64,000 nucleotides of DNA from Gemmatimonadales bacterium (GTDB lineage: Bacteria > Gemmatimonadota > Gemmatimonadetes > Gemmatimonadales > GWC2-71-9): assembly GCA_037189525.1 (NCBI GenBank), contig JBBCJC010000005.1:96001-160000 (forward strand), written 5' to 3'. The notes beneath the pieces are model-generated. The model was given only the letters and a program-made list of their open reading frames with translations, had not been told where the DNA came from and did no database searches. Made by a program: the position numbers and the translations under genes. Shown one piece after another: positions 1-11,200 of this stretch. The stretch's first letter is position 1. The number at the start of each line of letters is the position of its first letter.

Positions 1-1063
1 TCGGAGTGTAGTTCGCCGTCGGGCGAGTATCGAAGTCGGCCTGGGTGACGTCACTGCCGCCGTCCCCGGGCTGATCGATGTGCGAGAACGCCACGACCGT
101 TTTGAGCAGAGCGCCGTCGTTGAAGCGGCGATCCCAGCGAACGGTTCCGCTCTGCCGGGCGTAGGGCGCCCCATCGCGGTAGCTGTCCGAGCGCGTCACA
201 TTCAGGTCGGCACGGAGACCGTTGTTGCCCCAGCTGTTGCTGGCCGTGCCGAGCACCCGGGCGTAACCGAAGCGACCGCCCTCGATGAAGACCTCACCGG
301 TGGGGCGATCGGTCGGTGAGCGCGTATAGGAACTGACCACGCCGCCGATGGCATCGCTGCCATACAAGGCCGAGCCCGGGCCTTTGATGACCTCGACCCG
401 TTCCGCGCCCGGGAGATTGACCTCGTAGAGCGCATTGTGATTGAAGAAGCCGGTCGACCGAGTCGGCACGCCGTCTTCGAGAAAGGCGTACATCGGCTTG
501 GTCGTGATCGGCTGACGGATGGCCGTGAAGTGACCCTCGCCGCTCAGATTGGCCACCCACGCTCCCGGCACCCGCGCCACCACCTCAGCCGGATGATGCG
601 GCAGCGCCTGTTCGAGGACGCTCCGATCGACGACTCCGACGCTGGCCGTCGCCTCGGACCGGGACTGGGCCTCGCGCGAGACACTGACGACTACGTCGGA
701 CAGAACAACCGCATCGTTGTTGAGCACGGCATCGACCACCGCGACAGCGCCGCCCGTTACCGAGACCGGGATCCGAGCCGTCTTCCAACCAATGGCCCGG
801 ATCGCGACCGTGTAGTCGCCCGCGGGAATCCCCTCGATCCGATAGCGACCATCGGATGACGTCTGCACCGACTTACCGCTGCCGATGACCTGCACCAGGG
901 CGGCGACGACCGGCTCCTTCGCGGCACCGGTCACCCGCCCTTCCACACCTCCTGTTTGCTGCGCATTGGCGGAGCCCATCATGGCCGTTGCCACGATGCC
1001 CGCCAGTCCCAACGCCCGAAGGATCCGACCGGCTCTCGACCGGTCACTCCCAAATCCCATCAT
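1..1063 (-). CDS. TonB-dependent outer-membrane receptor, N-terminal part (runs off the left edge; absent from the ORF track)
   Basis: Manual minus-strand translation from ATG 1063: signal peptide (MMGFGSDRSRAGRILRALGLAGIVATAMMGSANAQ), carboxypeptidase-regulatory-like domain (GRYRIEGIPAGDYTVAIRAIG), plug motif ERVEVIKGPGSALYGSDAIGGVV; GGAG SD at 1073-1076. Confidence 0.9.
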   Translation of the reverse strand, partial: MMGFGSDRSRAGRILRALGLAGIVATAMMGSANAQQTGGVEGRVTGAAKEPVVAALVQVIGSGKSVQTSSDGRYRIEGIPAGDYTVAIRAIGWKTARIPVSVTGGAVAVVDAVLNNDAVVLSDVVVSVSREAQSRSEATASVGVVDRSVLEQALPHHPAEVVARVPGAWVANLSGEGHFTAIRQPITTKPMYAFLEDGVPTRSTGFFNHNALYEVNLPGAERVEVIKGPGSALYGSDAIGGVVSSYTRSPTDRPTGEVFIEGGRFGYARVLGTASNSWGNNGLRADLNVTRSDSYRDGAPYARQSGTVRWDRRFNDGALLKTVVAFSHIDQPGDGGSDVTQADFDTRPTANYTP

Positions 1064-1114
1064 ATCCCCATGCTCCACTGCGGCCCCGTATCATCGGCGC
1101 CAGTGAATAGCGAA

Positions 1115-1138
1115 CTGCCCACCCGAAACGAGGGGCAG
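1115..1138 (-). terminator. Hairpin (possible attenuator) between leader ORF and TBDT
   Basis: Minus strand CTGCCC-CTCGTTTCGGGT-GGGCAG followed by TTCGCTATT. Confidence 0.45.
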
Positions 1139-1169
1139 CCAGATCTGTCAGCTGTGGTTTACCTGCGAA

Positions 1170-1583
1170 TCAGGCGACAGGAGGAGCGTGCGACGGGGGG
1201 AGGAGAAACCGGGGACGCGCAATCCGCTCGGGAGCGGCGGCGGCACCGCGGACGGACACGGACGTGGTCGGCGCCTCGGCCAGTACGACGCCAGGCTCCG
1301 GCCCGAGACCGACCGTTGCGGCACCGGTACAGGCGCCGATGCAGTGACAGTTCGCGTGAGTGCCATGCGAACCATCGGCATCGGACGACGACTCGCTCTG
1401 GGACGCATTCGCATGCTCGGCGTGGCCGCCGTGGTCATGCTGTCCGGATTGTCCTTGGGCGACCAGCCACGGTGTATCGACCGGGCACGGATCGATGAGG
1501 GGAATGATGGTTCCCGCCACCGGTGGTGAAAGCACCACCAGGAGGCTCGCCAACCATCGCCACTGCCGAAGCCGCCCGATCAT
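1170..1583 (-). CDS. DUF2946/CruR/CutF-like exported leader protein with His-rich linker, CxCxxxC and C-terminal PPSHAPP
   Basis: 137 aa; N-terminal hydrophobic segment, HDHGGHAEH, CHCIGAC, Pro-rich C-terminus; directly upstream of a TBDT. Confidence 0.75.
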   Translation of the reverse strand: MIGRLRQWRWLASLLVVLSPPVAGTIIPLIDPCPVDTPWLVAQGQSGQHDHGGHAEHANASQSESSSDADGSHGTHANCHCIGACTGAATVGLGPEPGVVLAEAPTTSVSVRGAAAAPERIARPRFLLPPSHAPPVA

Positions 1584-1589
1584 CCTTTC

Positions 1590-1618
1590 AAGGTAACAAA
1601 TGAGCGAGAAGGGGCCAA
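1590..1618 (-). promoter_or_regulatory. sigma70-like promoter, probably leaderless, for the leader ORF
   Basis: TTGGCC-N17-TACCTT (with TG extension), 6 nt before ATG 1583. Confidence 0.5.
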
Positions 1619-1635
1619 CTGACCCCGCCCTGACC

Positions 1636-2265
1636 CTACGGTGCGGACGACGGGCGCCGAGGCCGCAAGACCAGCCGGCTGGCCAGCAGAACGGCCAGAA
1701 TGGTGGCGTACACGAGCGGCTCGCTCACGTCCCGCTTGACCAGCCAGAAGAAGTGGAGCACCGCGAGCGCGGCGGCGAGATAGACGAGCCGGTGGAGCCG
1801 CTGCCAGCGCCGGCCGAGCCGGCGCACCATGGCGTTCGGCGAGGTCACTGCCAGCACGGCCAGGATCAGAAAGGCGAGAAAGCCGACCAGGACCCAGGGA
1901 TGCTCCACGATGTCGGCGCTGATGTCCGCCACCGAAAGGCGATGATCGAAGACGGCGTAGATGGCCAGATGGAGCGTGGCGTAGAAAAAGGCAAAGAGAC
2001 CGAGCGGGCGGCGGAGCCGGATCAGCACGGGCTGACCGAGCAGGCGGCGCACGGGTGTCACCGCCAGCGTCACGAGCAGAATGACCAGCGCCGAAAGCCC
2101 GGTGGTGTGGGTCAGCGTCTTGACGGGATCGGCGCCCAGATCCTGCCGGACGAGTCCGTGAATCAGCCAGGCCGCCGGCGCCAGGCAGGCAACCCAGAGC
2201 GCCGGTTTGAGGACCCATCGCACCAGCGCCGGCAGGCTGCCGGCCCTCCGCACGACATCGCTCAA
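1636..2265 (-). CDS. msrQ: MsrQ heme-binding membrane subunit
   Basis: [15 protein letters not shown] and WQRLHRLVY motifs; TTG start overlapping the msrP stop (exact start uncertain). Confidence 0.93.
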   Translation of the reverse strand: MSDVVRRAGSLPALVRWVLKPALWVACLAPAAWLIHGLVRQDLGADPVKTLTHTTGLSALVILLVTLAVTPVRRLLGQPVLIRLRRPLGLFAFFYATLHLAIYAVFDHRLSVADISADIVEHPWVLVGFLAFLILAVLAVTSPNAMVRRLGRRWQRLHRLVYLAAALAVLHFFWLVKRDVSEPLVYATILAVLLASRLVLRPRRPSSAP

Positions 2266-3176
2266 TAGTTCACTCGCAGATCGAGACCGCTGTAGAGCGA
2301 AGCCACCTGATCGGCATATCCGTTGAACAGGAGAGTCGGCCGACGGAAAAATTCGCCCAGCCGCCGCTCCGACTTCTGGCTCCAGCGCGGATGCGACACG
2401 TCCGGGTTGACGTTGGCGTAGAAGCCGTACTCCTGCGGAGCTGCCACGTTCCAGGTCGTCGCCGGCTGCGATTCGGAAAAGCGGATTTCGACGATGCTCT
2501 TGCCGCCCTTGAAGCCGTACTTCCACGGCACCGTGAGCCGGAGCGGCGCGCCGTTCTGGTTGAGCAGCGGCTTGCCGTAGATGCCGGTTGCCAGCAGGGT
2601 GAGCGGATGGCTCGCTTCATCCAGACGCAGCGCCTCGACGTAGGGCCAGTCGAGGGTCCGGCTCCGCTGCCCGGGCATCTGCTTGGGATCGTACAGCGTC
2701 GCGAACTCCACGAACTTCGCCTTGCTGCCGGGTTCGAGTTTCCGGATCAGATCACCCAGCCGAATGCCCTGCCAGGGAATCACCATCGACCAGGCCTCGA
2801 CGCAGCGCATCCGGTAGGTGCGCTCGACGACGGGCAGGCCCTTGAGCAGGTCGTCCAGGTCGTACGTGGCCGGGCGTTTGACCTCACCGGCCACCTTGAC
2901 CACCCATGGCTTGGTGCGGAGCGAGCCCGCGTTCCGGGAGGGATCCTCTTTGTCGGTGCCGAACTCGTAAAAATTGTTGTAGGTCGTCACGACGTCGTAC
3001 GGCGTCGGTTTGTCCTCGGGTTGACGGCCCTGTAAGGTGCGCGCCTGCACCATCCCGGGAGCGGCCAGCGCCGCCATGGTCACCCCCGCGGTTTTGAGCC
3101 ACTCGCGCCGGGTGTGATAGAGCCCTTCGTCGGTGATGTCCGAATCGGGAATGTCTGGCGCTCGACGAATCAGCAT
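2262..3176 (-). CDS. msrP: MsrP periplasmic methionine sulfoxide reductase (molybdopterin)
   Basis: Tat motif [49 protein letters not shown]. Confidence 0.96.
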   Translation of the reverse strand: MLIRRAPDIPDSDITDEGLYHTRREWLKTAGVTMAALAAPGMVQARTLQGRQPEDKPTPYDVVTTYNNFYEFGTDKEDPSRNAGSLRTKPWVVKVAGEVKRPATYDLDDLLKGLPVVERTYRMRCVEAWSMVIPWQGIRLGDLIRKLEPGSKAKFVEFATLYDPKQMPGQRSRTLDWPYVEALRLDEASHPLTLLATGIYGKPLLNQNGAPLRLTVPWKYGFKGGKSIVEIRFSESQPATTWNVAAPQEYGFYANVNPDVSHPRWSQKSERRLGEFFRRPTLLFNGYADQVASLYSGLDLRVNY

Positions 3177-3231
3177 GGCGGTTCTCCGTCTCCCTCTCGA
3201 TCCTTCCAATCTATCACGTCCGGAGACGAGA

Positions 3232-3263
3232 AAGTCGGGCAACCCGACCGGGCGGCCCGACTT
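3232..3263 (-). terminator. Hairpin downstream of tRNA-Ser(GGA)
   Basis: AAGTCGGGC (3232-3240) / GCCCGACTT (3255-3263) inverted repeat. Confidence 0.55.
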
Positions 3264-3276
3264 CGCGAATTTCCAA

Positions 3277-3364
3277 CGGTGCGAGTGAGATTCGAACTCA
3301 CGAGACCCTTAGGAGGTCTGCCACCTTTCCAGGGTGGTGCCTTCAACCACTCGGCCATCGCACC
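3277..3364 (-). tRNA. tRNA-Ser(GGA)
   Basis: GGTGCGATGGCCGAGTGGTTGAAGGC...CCACC-CTGGAAA-GGTGG, long variable arm, GTTCGAATC T-loop; CCA not encoded. Confidence 0.96.
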
Positions 3365-3435
3365 TCATGACGACTGGCGCCCGTTTGGGCCGGCGGCAAC
3401 ATAGCCCGCCCGCCAGAGAGCGTCAACGCGGCACG

Positions 3436-6234
3436 CTATCGGGCGGTTGCCTTGGCCGGACGCCGTTTGGTGGCCGTTCCCTTCGCTTTGGCCTTGGGCT
3501 TGGCGGCTGCCTTGGGCTTGGCGGCCGACTTGGCCGTCGATCCCGCTTTGGCCTTGGCCGCGCGCTTGGCACTGCCGGCGCGCTTGACCTTGGCCGTCAG
3601 CGGATCGGGCGCCGAGCGACCTTTGACCGACCGCTTGGCCCCGCCCGCCGGCTTGGCGCCCGCGCGTTTGGCTTTCGACTTGGCCTTGCCGCCACCTCGG
3701 GCAGCAATCCACTCGACCGCCTGCTCGACCGTGACGGTGGCAGGATCGATATCCTTGGGGATCGACGCGCTGACGTCGCCGTGCTTGACGTAGGGACCAT
3801 ACTTCCCTTCGTACAACCCGATGGGCGCCTGGTCGGCAGGATGCGGACCAACCTCGCGAATCGGCGTTGCCGCCATCCGGCGCCCGCGGCCCAGCTTGGG
3901 CTGCGCCAGGAGTTCGAGGGCGCGTTCGAGGGTCACGGTCAGGACGTGGTCCTCGCCCTTCAAAGAGCGATAGTCCTTGACCTTGCCCTGATCGTGCACG
4001 ATGTAGGGACCGAACCGTCCCTGCCCCGCCAGAACCCGGGCGCCGGTCTCCGGATGCGCACCGAGCGTACGCGGCAGCGCCAGCAGACCGACCGCCATCT
4101 CCAGCGTGACCTGATCGGTGGTGACACCCTTGGGCAACGAGGCCCGCTTCGGCTTCGGATTGTCGTCGGAGACGATACCGAGTTGGACGTAGGGACCATA
4201 CTGCCCGGTCAGGAGCAGAATCGGTTCAGCGGTGTCCGGATGGTTTCCGACGATTTCCGGGCCTTCGGCTTTCTGGCGCAGGACTTCGTCGACCTGATCC
4301 CGGGAGAGGTCGGCCGGCGCGGAATCGCGCGGGAGCGACGCTTTGAGGAGTTCGCCGTCTTCCGACACGACTTCGACGTACGGTCCGAAGCGGCCGATCT
4401 TGACGCTGGCACCGTCCAGCCCGTCGATCTCGATGGTCCGCGCCGCAACCGGGTCGATCCCCTTTTCGCGCGATGCGACCTGTTGCCGGAGTCCGGTGCG
4501 GCCCAAATAGAAATCGCGGAGATACGGCAACCATTCGGCGTTGCCCTCCGAGATGTCGTCGAGGGTCTGTTCCATTCCGGCCGTGAACTTGGGATCGACC
4601 AGCGACGGGAAGTGGTGCTCGAGCAGACTGGTCACGCCGAACGCGGTGAAAGTCGGCACCAGCGCCTGCCCCTGCTTCTGGACGTAGCCGCGATCGATGA
4701 TGGTGTCGATGATCGATGCGTAGGTACTGGGGCGCCCGATCCCGTCGGCCTCGAGTTCCTTGACCAGACTGGCTTCCGTGTAGCGGGCCGGCGGCTGCGT
4801 CTCGTGGGAGACGGCCGCGAGTTCCCGGCAAGCGGGGCGGTCGCCGACGGCCAGGTCGGGCAGCAAAACTTCCTGATCTTCGAGCGCCGCTTCCGGGTCG
4901 TCGCTGCCTTCGACGTAAGCGCGCAGGAAGCCGGGGAAATCGATCCGCTTGCCCGCGGCGCGGAAGGTGGCTTCCTCGACATCGATGGTGACGACCACGC
5001 TGGTGAGCCGCGCATCGAGCATCTGCGACGCCACGGTGCGCTTCCAGATCAGATCGTAGACCGCCAGCTCCCGTCCGCTCAGGCCGGTCTCCTCCGGCGT
5101 GCGGAAATGCGAGCCGGCCGGCCGGATGGCCTCGTGCGCTTCCTGCGCTGACGCGCTCTTGCTGACGTACTGGCGGGGCGACTTGGGCAGATACTGGTCG
5201 CCGTAGAGCCGCGAGACGCATTCGCGCGCCGCACCGAGCGCCTGTTGCGACAGGTGCACGGAGTCGGTACGCATGTAGGTGATGAAGCCCTCTTCGTAGA
5301 GCTTCTGCGCCGTCCGCATCGCCTCGCGAGCCGAGAGGCGCAGCTTGCGGTTGGCCTCCTGCTGCAAGGTCGAGGTGATGAACGGGGGCGCCGGCCGGCG
5401 GGTAAACGGCTTTTCCTCCGCCGACCCAACCGTCCAGGCCGCTGCCCGGAGCCGGTCGGCCAACGATTCGGCCCCGGGGCCGTCGAGCAGCACCACATCT
5501 TTTCCGGCCGCGAGCTTGCCGGTCCGCTCGTCGAAGTCCTTACCGGTGGCGAGGCGCTTTCCGGCCAGGGAGACCAACTGCGCGTCGAACGACTGATCGC
5601 GGTGTTCCAGGGTCGCGGCCAGGTCCCAGTAGACGCCGGGGACGAAGGCCCGCCGCTCGCGCTCGCGCATTACCAGGAGCCGCACCGCCACCGACTGGAC
5701 TCGTCCCGCGGACAGCCCGTACGCGATCTTCTTCCAGAGGAGCGGCGACAAGGTATAGCCGAACAACCGGTCCAAGATCCGCCGGGTTTCCTGCGCACGT
5801 ACCAGACGGTCGTCGACCGCGCGGGTCTGCTCGAGCGCCTCCCGGATCGCTTCCCGGGTGATCTCGTGAAAGACCATCCGCTTGACGGGCACCCGCGGCT
5901 TGAGCAACTCGGACAGGTGCCACGAAATACTTTCACCCTCGCGGTCTTCGTCCGTCGCGAGGATCAGTTCGTCGGCGTCGGACAGGGCCGACTTGAGTTC
6001 CTTGACGATGTGCTTCTTGTCCGACGGTACCACGTAGAGGGGTTCGAAGTCCTGGTCGACATTGACGCCGAGCCGGCTCCACTCTTCGCCTTTGACCTTG
6101 GCGGGAATATCCGACGCCCGATCCGGCAGGTCGCGCACGTGCCCCATCGACGCGACCACCTTATATCCACGGGGAAGGAACTCGCGGATGGTCCGCGCCT
6201 TGGTGGGTGACTCGACGATGACGAGAGTGGACAT
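3436..6234 (-). CDS. topA: DNA topoisomerase I with Topo_C repeats and Lys/Ala-rich tail
   Basis: [51 protein letters not shown]; repeated GRFGPY/GKYGPY. Confidence 0.98.
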   Translation of the reverse strand: MSTLVIVESPTKARTIREFLPRGYKVVASMGHVRDLPDRASDIPAKVKGEEWSRLGVNVDQDFEPLYVVPSDKKHIVKELKSALSDADELILATDEDREGESISWHLSELLKPRVPVKRMVFHEITREAIREALEQTRAVDDRLVRAQETRRILDRLFGYTLSPLLWKKIAYGLSAGRVQSVAVRLLVMRERERRAFVPGVYWDLAATLEHRDQSFDAQLVSLAGKRLATGKDFDERTGKLAAGKDVVLLDGPGAESLADRLRAAAWTVGSAEEKPFTRRPAPPFITSTLQQEANRKLRLSAREAMRTAQKLYEEGFITYMRTDSVHLSQQALGAARECVSRLYGDQYLPKSPRQYVSKSASAQEAHEAIRPAGSHFRTPEETGLSGRELAVYDLIWKRTVASQMLDARLTSVVVTIDVEEATFRAAGKRIDFPGFLRAYVEGSDDPEAALEDQEVLLPDLAVGDRPACRELAAVSHETQPPARYTEASLVKELEADGIGRPSTYASIIDTIIDRGYVQKQGQALVPTFTAFGVTSLLEHHFPSLVDPKFTAGMEQTLDDISEGNAEWLPYLRDFYLGRTGLRQQVASREKGIDPVAARTIEIDGLDGASVKIGRFGPYVEVVSEDGELLKASLPRDSAPADLSRDQVDEVLRQKAEGPEIVGNHPDTAEPILLLTGQYGPYVQLGIVSDDNPKPKRASLPKGVTTDQVTLEMAVGLLALPRTLGAHPETGARVLAGQGRFGPYIVHDQGKVKDYRSLKGEDHVLTVTLERALELLAQPKLGRGRRMAATPIREVGPHPADQAPIGLYEGKYGPYVKHGDVSASIPKDIDPATVTVEQAVEWIAARGGGKAKSKAKRAGAKPAGGAKRSVKGRSAPDPLTAKVKRAGSAKRAAKAKAGSTAKSAAKPKAAAKPKAKAKGTATKRRPAKATAR

Positions 6235-6345
6235 GCCGTCCTAACTGTTGCAGTTCATGCGTGAGCGCCCGACCGCGGGCGACGCCTCCCTCCGCCGGGC
6301 CTGCGACCGGGTCGCGGGACGGGGCGGATGGGAAATTGGGGGAAC

Positions 6346-6374
6346 AGAATGACGCCCAGAGCCGGGTCTGTCAA
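6346..6374 (-). promoter_or_regulatory. sigma70 promoter for topA
   Basis: TTGACA-N17-CATTCT on the minus strand. Confidence 0.6.
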
Positions 6375-6534
6375 TTGGCGGCCGAATGGGGCCGGCTGGT
6401 CAATTCACCCGTAACCGCTTACACAACAATGCGTTAGATGTCGTCAGCCCGAAGAAAGCCTGACCGGGCCCAAGCCCCGATTTCGCGGCTGAGCGGGGCC
6501 TGGGATAGTTTTCGGCTCCTTTCACGACTGCGCC

Positions 6535-7236
6535 ATGCCCGATCTCGCATCCGGCCTCATCTACTACATCGTCTTTCTCTTTTCCGTCACCCTGCACGAA
6601 GCGGCGCACGCCTGGGCCGCCAAGCGCGGCGGTGACCTGACCGCGTACCTGGGCGGCCAGGTCTCGCTGGATCCGCGCCCGCACATTCGGCGGGAACCTT
6701 TCGGCATGGTGGTGCTGCCGCTGTTGTCGGTGGCGGTGGCCGGATGGCCCTTCGGATTTGCCAGCGCTCCCTACGACCCGCAATGGGCCATGCGCTACCC
6801 GCGCCGGGCGGCGTGGATGGCCCTGGCAGGTCCGGCCTCGAACCTCCTGCTCGTCGTGATTGCCTTCGTGCTGCTCCGGCTTGGCATCGGCGCCGGAGTT
6901 TTCGAAGCGCCGTCGAGCGTGCAGTTCGGTCATGTCGTCGCCGCGACGGGAGCCGGCTGGTGGCCGAGCATTGCGTTCATGATCGGCGCGCTGTTTTCGA
7001 TGAACCTGGCGCTCGCGATCCTCAACCTGATCCCGCTTCCGCCGCTCGACGGCAGCGCAGCAATCCCGTTGCTGCTTCCGCCCGCCGCGAGCACCCGGTA
7101 CCAGCAGTTTCTCTGGAGCCAGCCATTCCTTGCGATCATCGGCATGCTGATCGCCTGGCGGATCTTCGGACCGATCTTCCAGCCCCTCTTCCTCGAAGCG
7201 ATCCACCTGCTCCATCCCGGGACGCGCTACGGCTGA
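6535..7236 (+). CDS. Site-2 protease (M50) family membrane metalloprotease
   Basis: LHEAAH and NLIPLPPLDG motifs; multiple TM segments. Confidence 0.93.
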   Translation: MPDLASGLIYYIVFLFSVTLHEAAHAWAAKRGGDLTAYLGGQVSLDPRPHIRREPFGMVVLPLLSVAVAGWPFGFASAPYDPQWAMRYPRRAAWMALAGPASNLLLVVIAFVLLRLGIGAGVFEAPSSVQFGHVVAATGAGWWPSIAFMIGALFSMNLALAILNLIPLPPLDGSAAIPLLLPPAASTRYQQFLWSQPFLAIIGMLIAWRIFGPIFQPLFLEAIHLLHPGTRYG

Positions 7237-7340
7237 CCGGCGGGCGGAGGTAGCGGTCGTATCCTCTGCCCCTGCCCGCCAGTGGCCCCATTGGTCTACA
7301 CCAGTTTGCACCGGAAAATCGGGGGGCGAAACTCGCCCCC

Positions 7341-7369
7341 TTGACGGTTCGTAGGTCCAGACGGACAAT
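7341..7369 (+). promoter_or_regulatory. sigma70 promoter for the IclR-susC-susD unit
   Basis: TTGACG-N17-GACAAT, 10 nt before ATG 7380. Confidence 0.6.
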
Positions 7370-7379
7370 CAACCATATC

Positions 7380-8183
7380 ATGGAACAGCGTTCCACATCG
7401 GTTCGGACTGCCCCAACGGGGACGCAGGCGATCGAACGCGCCTTCGCCGTGCTGCGCGCGTTCACCAGCACGGAACCGGTCTGGACCCTGGCTGCCCTGT
7501 CCCGCCATCTCGACCTGACCAAGCCTACCGTCCTCCGATTGCTGGGCGTCCTCGAACGCGAAGCGATGATCCAACGGACCGAGCCGATGGGCAGCTACCG
7601 TCTCGGCCCCGGAGCGATCCAGTTGGGCGCGGTGGCCCGGCGCTCGATCGACTTCCATACGGCAGCACGGCCGGAGCTCCAGCGCCTCGCCTGGAGTATC
7701 GGCGAAACGGCCAGCCTCGAAGTGCTGGTCGGGTCGGATGTCATGATCATCGACGAAATCCGCGGCCGTTTCCGGGGCAGCACCTTCGACGCCCTCGGCT
7801 CCCGCTGGCCTGCCCACGCCGCCGCGACCGGCAAGGTCCTGCTGGCCGCGGCGCGCAATGCCGGCAGCGATGCGTGGCTGCAGTTCGTGCGCGGCGTCAC
7901 CCGCGGGCGTTTGCCGCGCTTTACCGATCGCACCATTACCACCATGAACCGATTGCTCACGGAACTCTCCCGCGTCAGCCGGCAGGGATACGCCACCGGC
8001 GTGGAAGAGCTGGAGAGCGGCTACGTAGCAATCGCGGTACCGATTTCCGATTTCCCGGGCAATGCCGTCGCCGCGCTGTGCGTCGGCGGACCGGTGGCAC
8101 GGCTGCCGGCCCGGCGGTTCCCCGCGCTGGTACGGGAACTGACCGATGCCGCCCAAACCGTTTCACGGCGGCTGGGTGGTTGA
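7380..8183 (+). CDS. IclR-family transcriptional regulator
   Basis: AIERAFAVL...LTKPTVLRLL HTH; AHAAATGKVLLA, RQGYA, IAVPI effector-domain motifs. Confidence 0.93.
   Translation: MEQRSTSVRTAPTGTQAIERAFAVLRAFTSTEPVWTLAALSRHLDLTKPTVLRLLGVLEREAMIQRTEPMGSYRLGPGAIQLGAVARRSIDFHTAARPELQRLAWSIGETASLEVLVGSDVMIIDEIRGRFRGSTFDALGSRWPAHAAATGKVLLAAARNAGSDAWLQFVRGVTRGRLPRFTDRTITTMNRLLTELSRVSRQGYATGVEELESGYVAIAVPISDFPGNAVAALCVGGPVARLPARRFPALVRELTDAAQTVSRRLGG
7381..7395. promoter_or_regulatory. Candidate IclR operator palindrome
   Basis: TGGAAC-AGC-GTTCCA perfect dyad over the first codons. Confidence 0.5.
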
Positions 8184-8255
8184 CGACAGGTCGTTGTTGC
8201 AGAACGCATGAGACACATCGGGTGCAGTCACGGTCATCATCCTAGGAGAACCATC

Positions 8256-11200
8256 ATGGAGTATTGGCGATGTCGGTTCCTGACACCCATCGGTCTCGCA
8301 TTGGCGTGCGCGGTGACCGGAGCGGCCGGGCTCGATGCCCAGTCGATCCGCGGCACCGTATCCGACTCGACCGACCAGCGCCCGCTCGAAGGGGCCAACG
8401 TCGTGATCGTCGGGACGATGCTGCGGAGCGTGACGGGCACCGATGGTAATTACGTCATCCGCGGCGCCCCCGCCGGACAAACCGTCACGGTGCGGGCTCA
8501 ACGCATCGGCTACGCGCCGGTCACTCGCGAGGTCAGCGTGCCCGCCAACGGCGAAGTCGTCGCGAACTTCGTCCTGGCCGTGCGTCCGATGCAACTCGAT
8601 GAAGTCGTCTCGCTCGGTTACGGAACGGCGTCCCGAGCAAGCGTGACCGCGGCCGTCACCTCGATCGGCGGCGAGCAGGTCCTGGGCGAACCAGTGGCTG
8701 GCATCGATGCGGCACTGCTGGGCAAGGCCGCCGGGGTCCAGGTGATTCAGAACGCCGGCACTCCCGGGAACGGCATCACGATCCGGATCCGCGGCTCGGC
8801 CTCGCTGAGCGCCAGCAACCAGCCGCTGTATGTCATCGACGGTGTGCCGATCACCTCGGAAAGCATCGGGCAGCTCGACTTCGGCGGGCAGGAAATCACG
8901 GGCGTGGCCGGCCTCGCGATTGCTGATATCGAACGGATCGACATCCTGAAGGACGCGGCTGCCGCAGCCATCTACGGCTCACGCGGTTCCAACGGTGTCG
9001 TCCTGATCACGACGAAGCGCGGCAGCGGCAGCCCGTCGATCACGCTCAATGCCTCGATCGGTACCCAGAAGGTTACCCGGCGCGTCGATCTGCTCAACGC
9101 GACCGAATACCTGATCTACATGAATGAGGGCGCCGAACGGGACGGCTATGGCCCCGACTATTACGGGGTCGTTGGCGTCGATGACGTCGTCAGCACCGAT
9201 TGGCAGGACGCCATCTTCCGAACCGCGCCGATCCGCGACATCGTGCTCGCTGCCGCGGGCGGAACCGATTTTCTCCGCTACCGGGTGTCCGGCTCCTACT
9301 TCGATCAGGTCGGCACCACGCTCGGATCGGGGTATCGGAAGCTGAGCAGCCGGATGAACCTCGACTTCAACAAGGGACAGCGGCTGACTTTTGCCGGCGG
9401 GCTGTCCGTCACCGGCGAGGACAACGCCCGCATCATCAGCGACGACGCCGTGCTCGGCACCATTCCGAACGGTCTCGCGTCGCCGCCGACCGTACCGGTC
9501 CGATTGGCCGATGGCTCATACTCGACGATCGACGACGGCCTGATCTATCCGAACGCCGTGGCCATCGGCGAGTACAACACGGCCAACGCCCGCTCCAATC
9601 GCATCCTGGGCAGCTTCGAGACCCGGGCGCAGTTGCTGAGCACGCTCACGCTGTCCGGCCGGGTTGGGGTCGACTTCCTGCGGCTTCATGAAACCCGGTT
9701 CGCCTCCCAGAAGGTCGCCGGCTCCGACGCCGAACGCGGCAACGGTATCGCGACCGACGCCTTCTCGGCTAACAACAAGTACGTCTTCGACGCCATGCTC
9801 GCCTACCAGGGCCAGACGGGAAAGCATTCCCTCGGCATGACCGGTGGCGCGAGCGCCGAACTCAATCGTTCCAGCTGGAACTACGTGCGCGGCGAAGGGA
9901 TGGGCGACGAGCGGTTCAACCAGGTGCAAAATGCGGCCATCATCACCGGGTGGGATGGCGCCTACGAGGAAAACAACATGCTGGCCGGCTTCGGCCGGGT
10001 CAACTACAGCTGGGCCGACCGCTACCTGCTGAGCGCGAGCTTCCGATACGACGGCTCCTCGCGATTCGGACCGAGCACGAAGTGGGGCTTCTTCCCGGCG
10101 ATCTCGCTGGCCTGGATCGTCTCGGAAGAGTCGTTCCTCAAAGACTGGCGCGCCCTCGATCAGCTCAAGCTCCGCGGCAGCTACGGCCTGACGGGCAATC
10201 AGGCCAGCCAGTACTACCCTTGGCAGGGTGTGGTGTGCACGAGCAACTACGGCCCGGTGTCCGGCCTCGCTCCGTGCAGCCTGTCGAATGAAGACTTGAA
10301 GTGGGAGCGCACCGCCCAGCTCAACCTCGGCGCCGATTTCACGTTCTGGACCGGCCGCATGACGTTCTCGGCGGACTGGTACCGGAAGCAGACCAACGAT
10401 CTGCTGGTCGATCGGCCGGTCACGACGACCTCCGGGCAGAACAGCATCTTCAGTAACGTCGGCAACGTGCTCAACACCGGGGTCGAGTTCCAGCTCACTG
10501 CGCAGCCGTTCTACTCGCGCACCGGGCTCAATTGGACCACGACGCTCAACCTGTCGCACAACAAGAACAAGGTCACGGCGCTCTACAACAATGAGCCATT
10601 TTCGGATGGATGGAGCGATGCCAACCGGGTCGAAGTCGGCCTGCCCATCGGGGCGTTCCATCTCTTCCAATTCGAAGGTGTCGATCCGCAAACCGGCGAT
10701 GCGCTCTATCGGACGGCCGACGGCGGCGTCACGACCGACCCGACCAACGAGGATCGAGTCATCGTCGGGAGCCCGTGGCCGACCTGGACGGGCGGCATTA
10801 CCAACGCGCTGGCCTGGAAACAGTTCGACCTGAGCTTCCTGTTCCAGTTCAGCGTCGGGGCCAAGATCTACAACGCCATGCGGCTCTATGCCAACGACGG
10901 CGGATACTACGCCGACAACAAGTTCCGCTTCGCGTGGAATCGCTGGCAGCAGCCGGGTGACATCACCGACGAGCCGCGTGCCAGCGCCGACGGTCTTTCC
11001 GGCGCGCGGCTTCCCTCGAGCCGCTTCATCGAAGATGCGGACTACCTGCGGCTCCTGGATCTGACCTTCGGCTTCCAGTTGCCCTCGGGCATGGCGCGGT
11101 CGCTCGGCATGTCCAACGCCCGGGTCTATCTGTCCGGTCACAACCTCATCACCATTACACCCTACAGCGGATATTTCCCGGACGCCAATTCGACGGGCGC

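Noticed and set aside
6412..6436. TAAC-N3-TT-N7-AA-N3-GTTA dyad between topA and the site-2 protease (dif- or IHF-like)
   Set aside because: Imperfect; does not match the XerC/XerD dif layout; at best a weak IHF-like site
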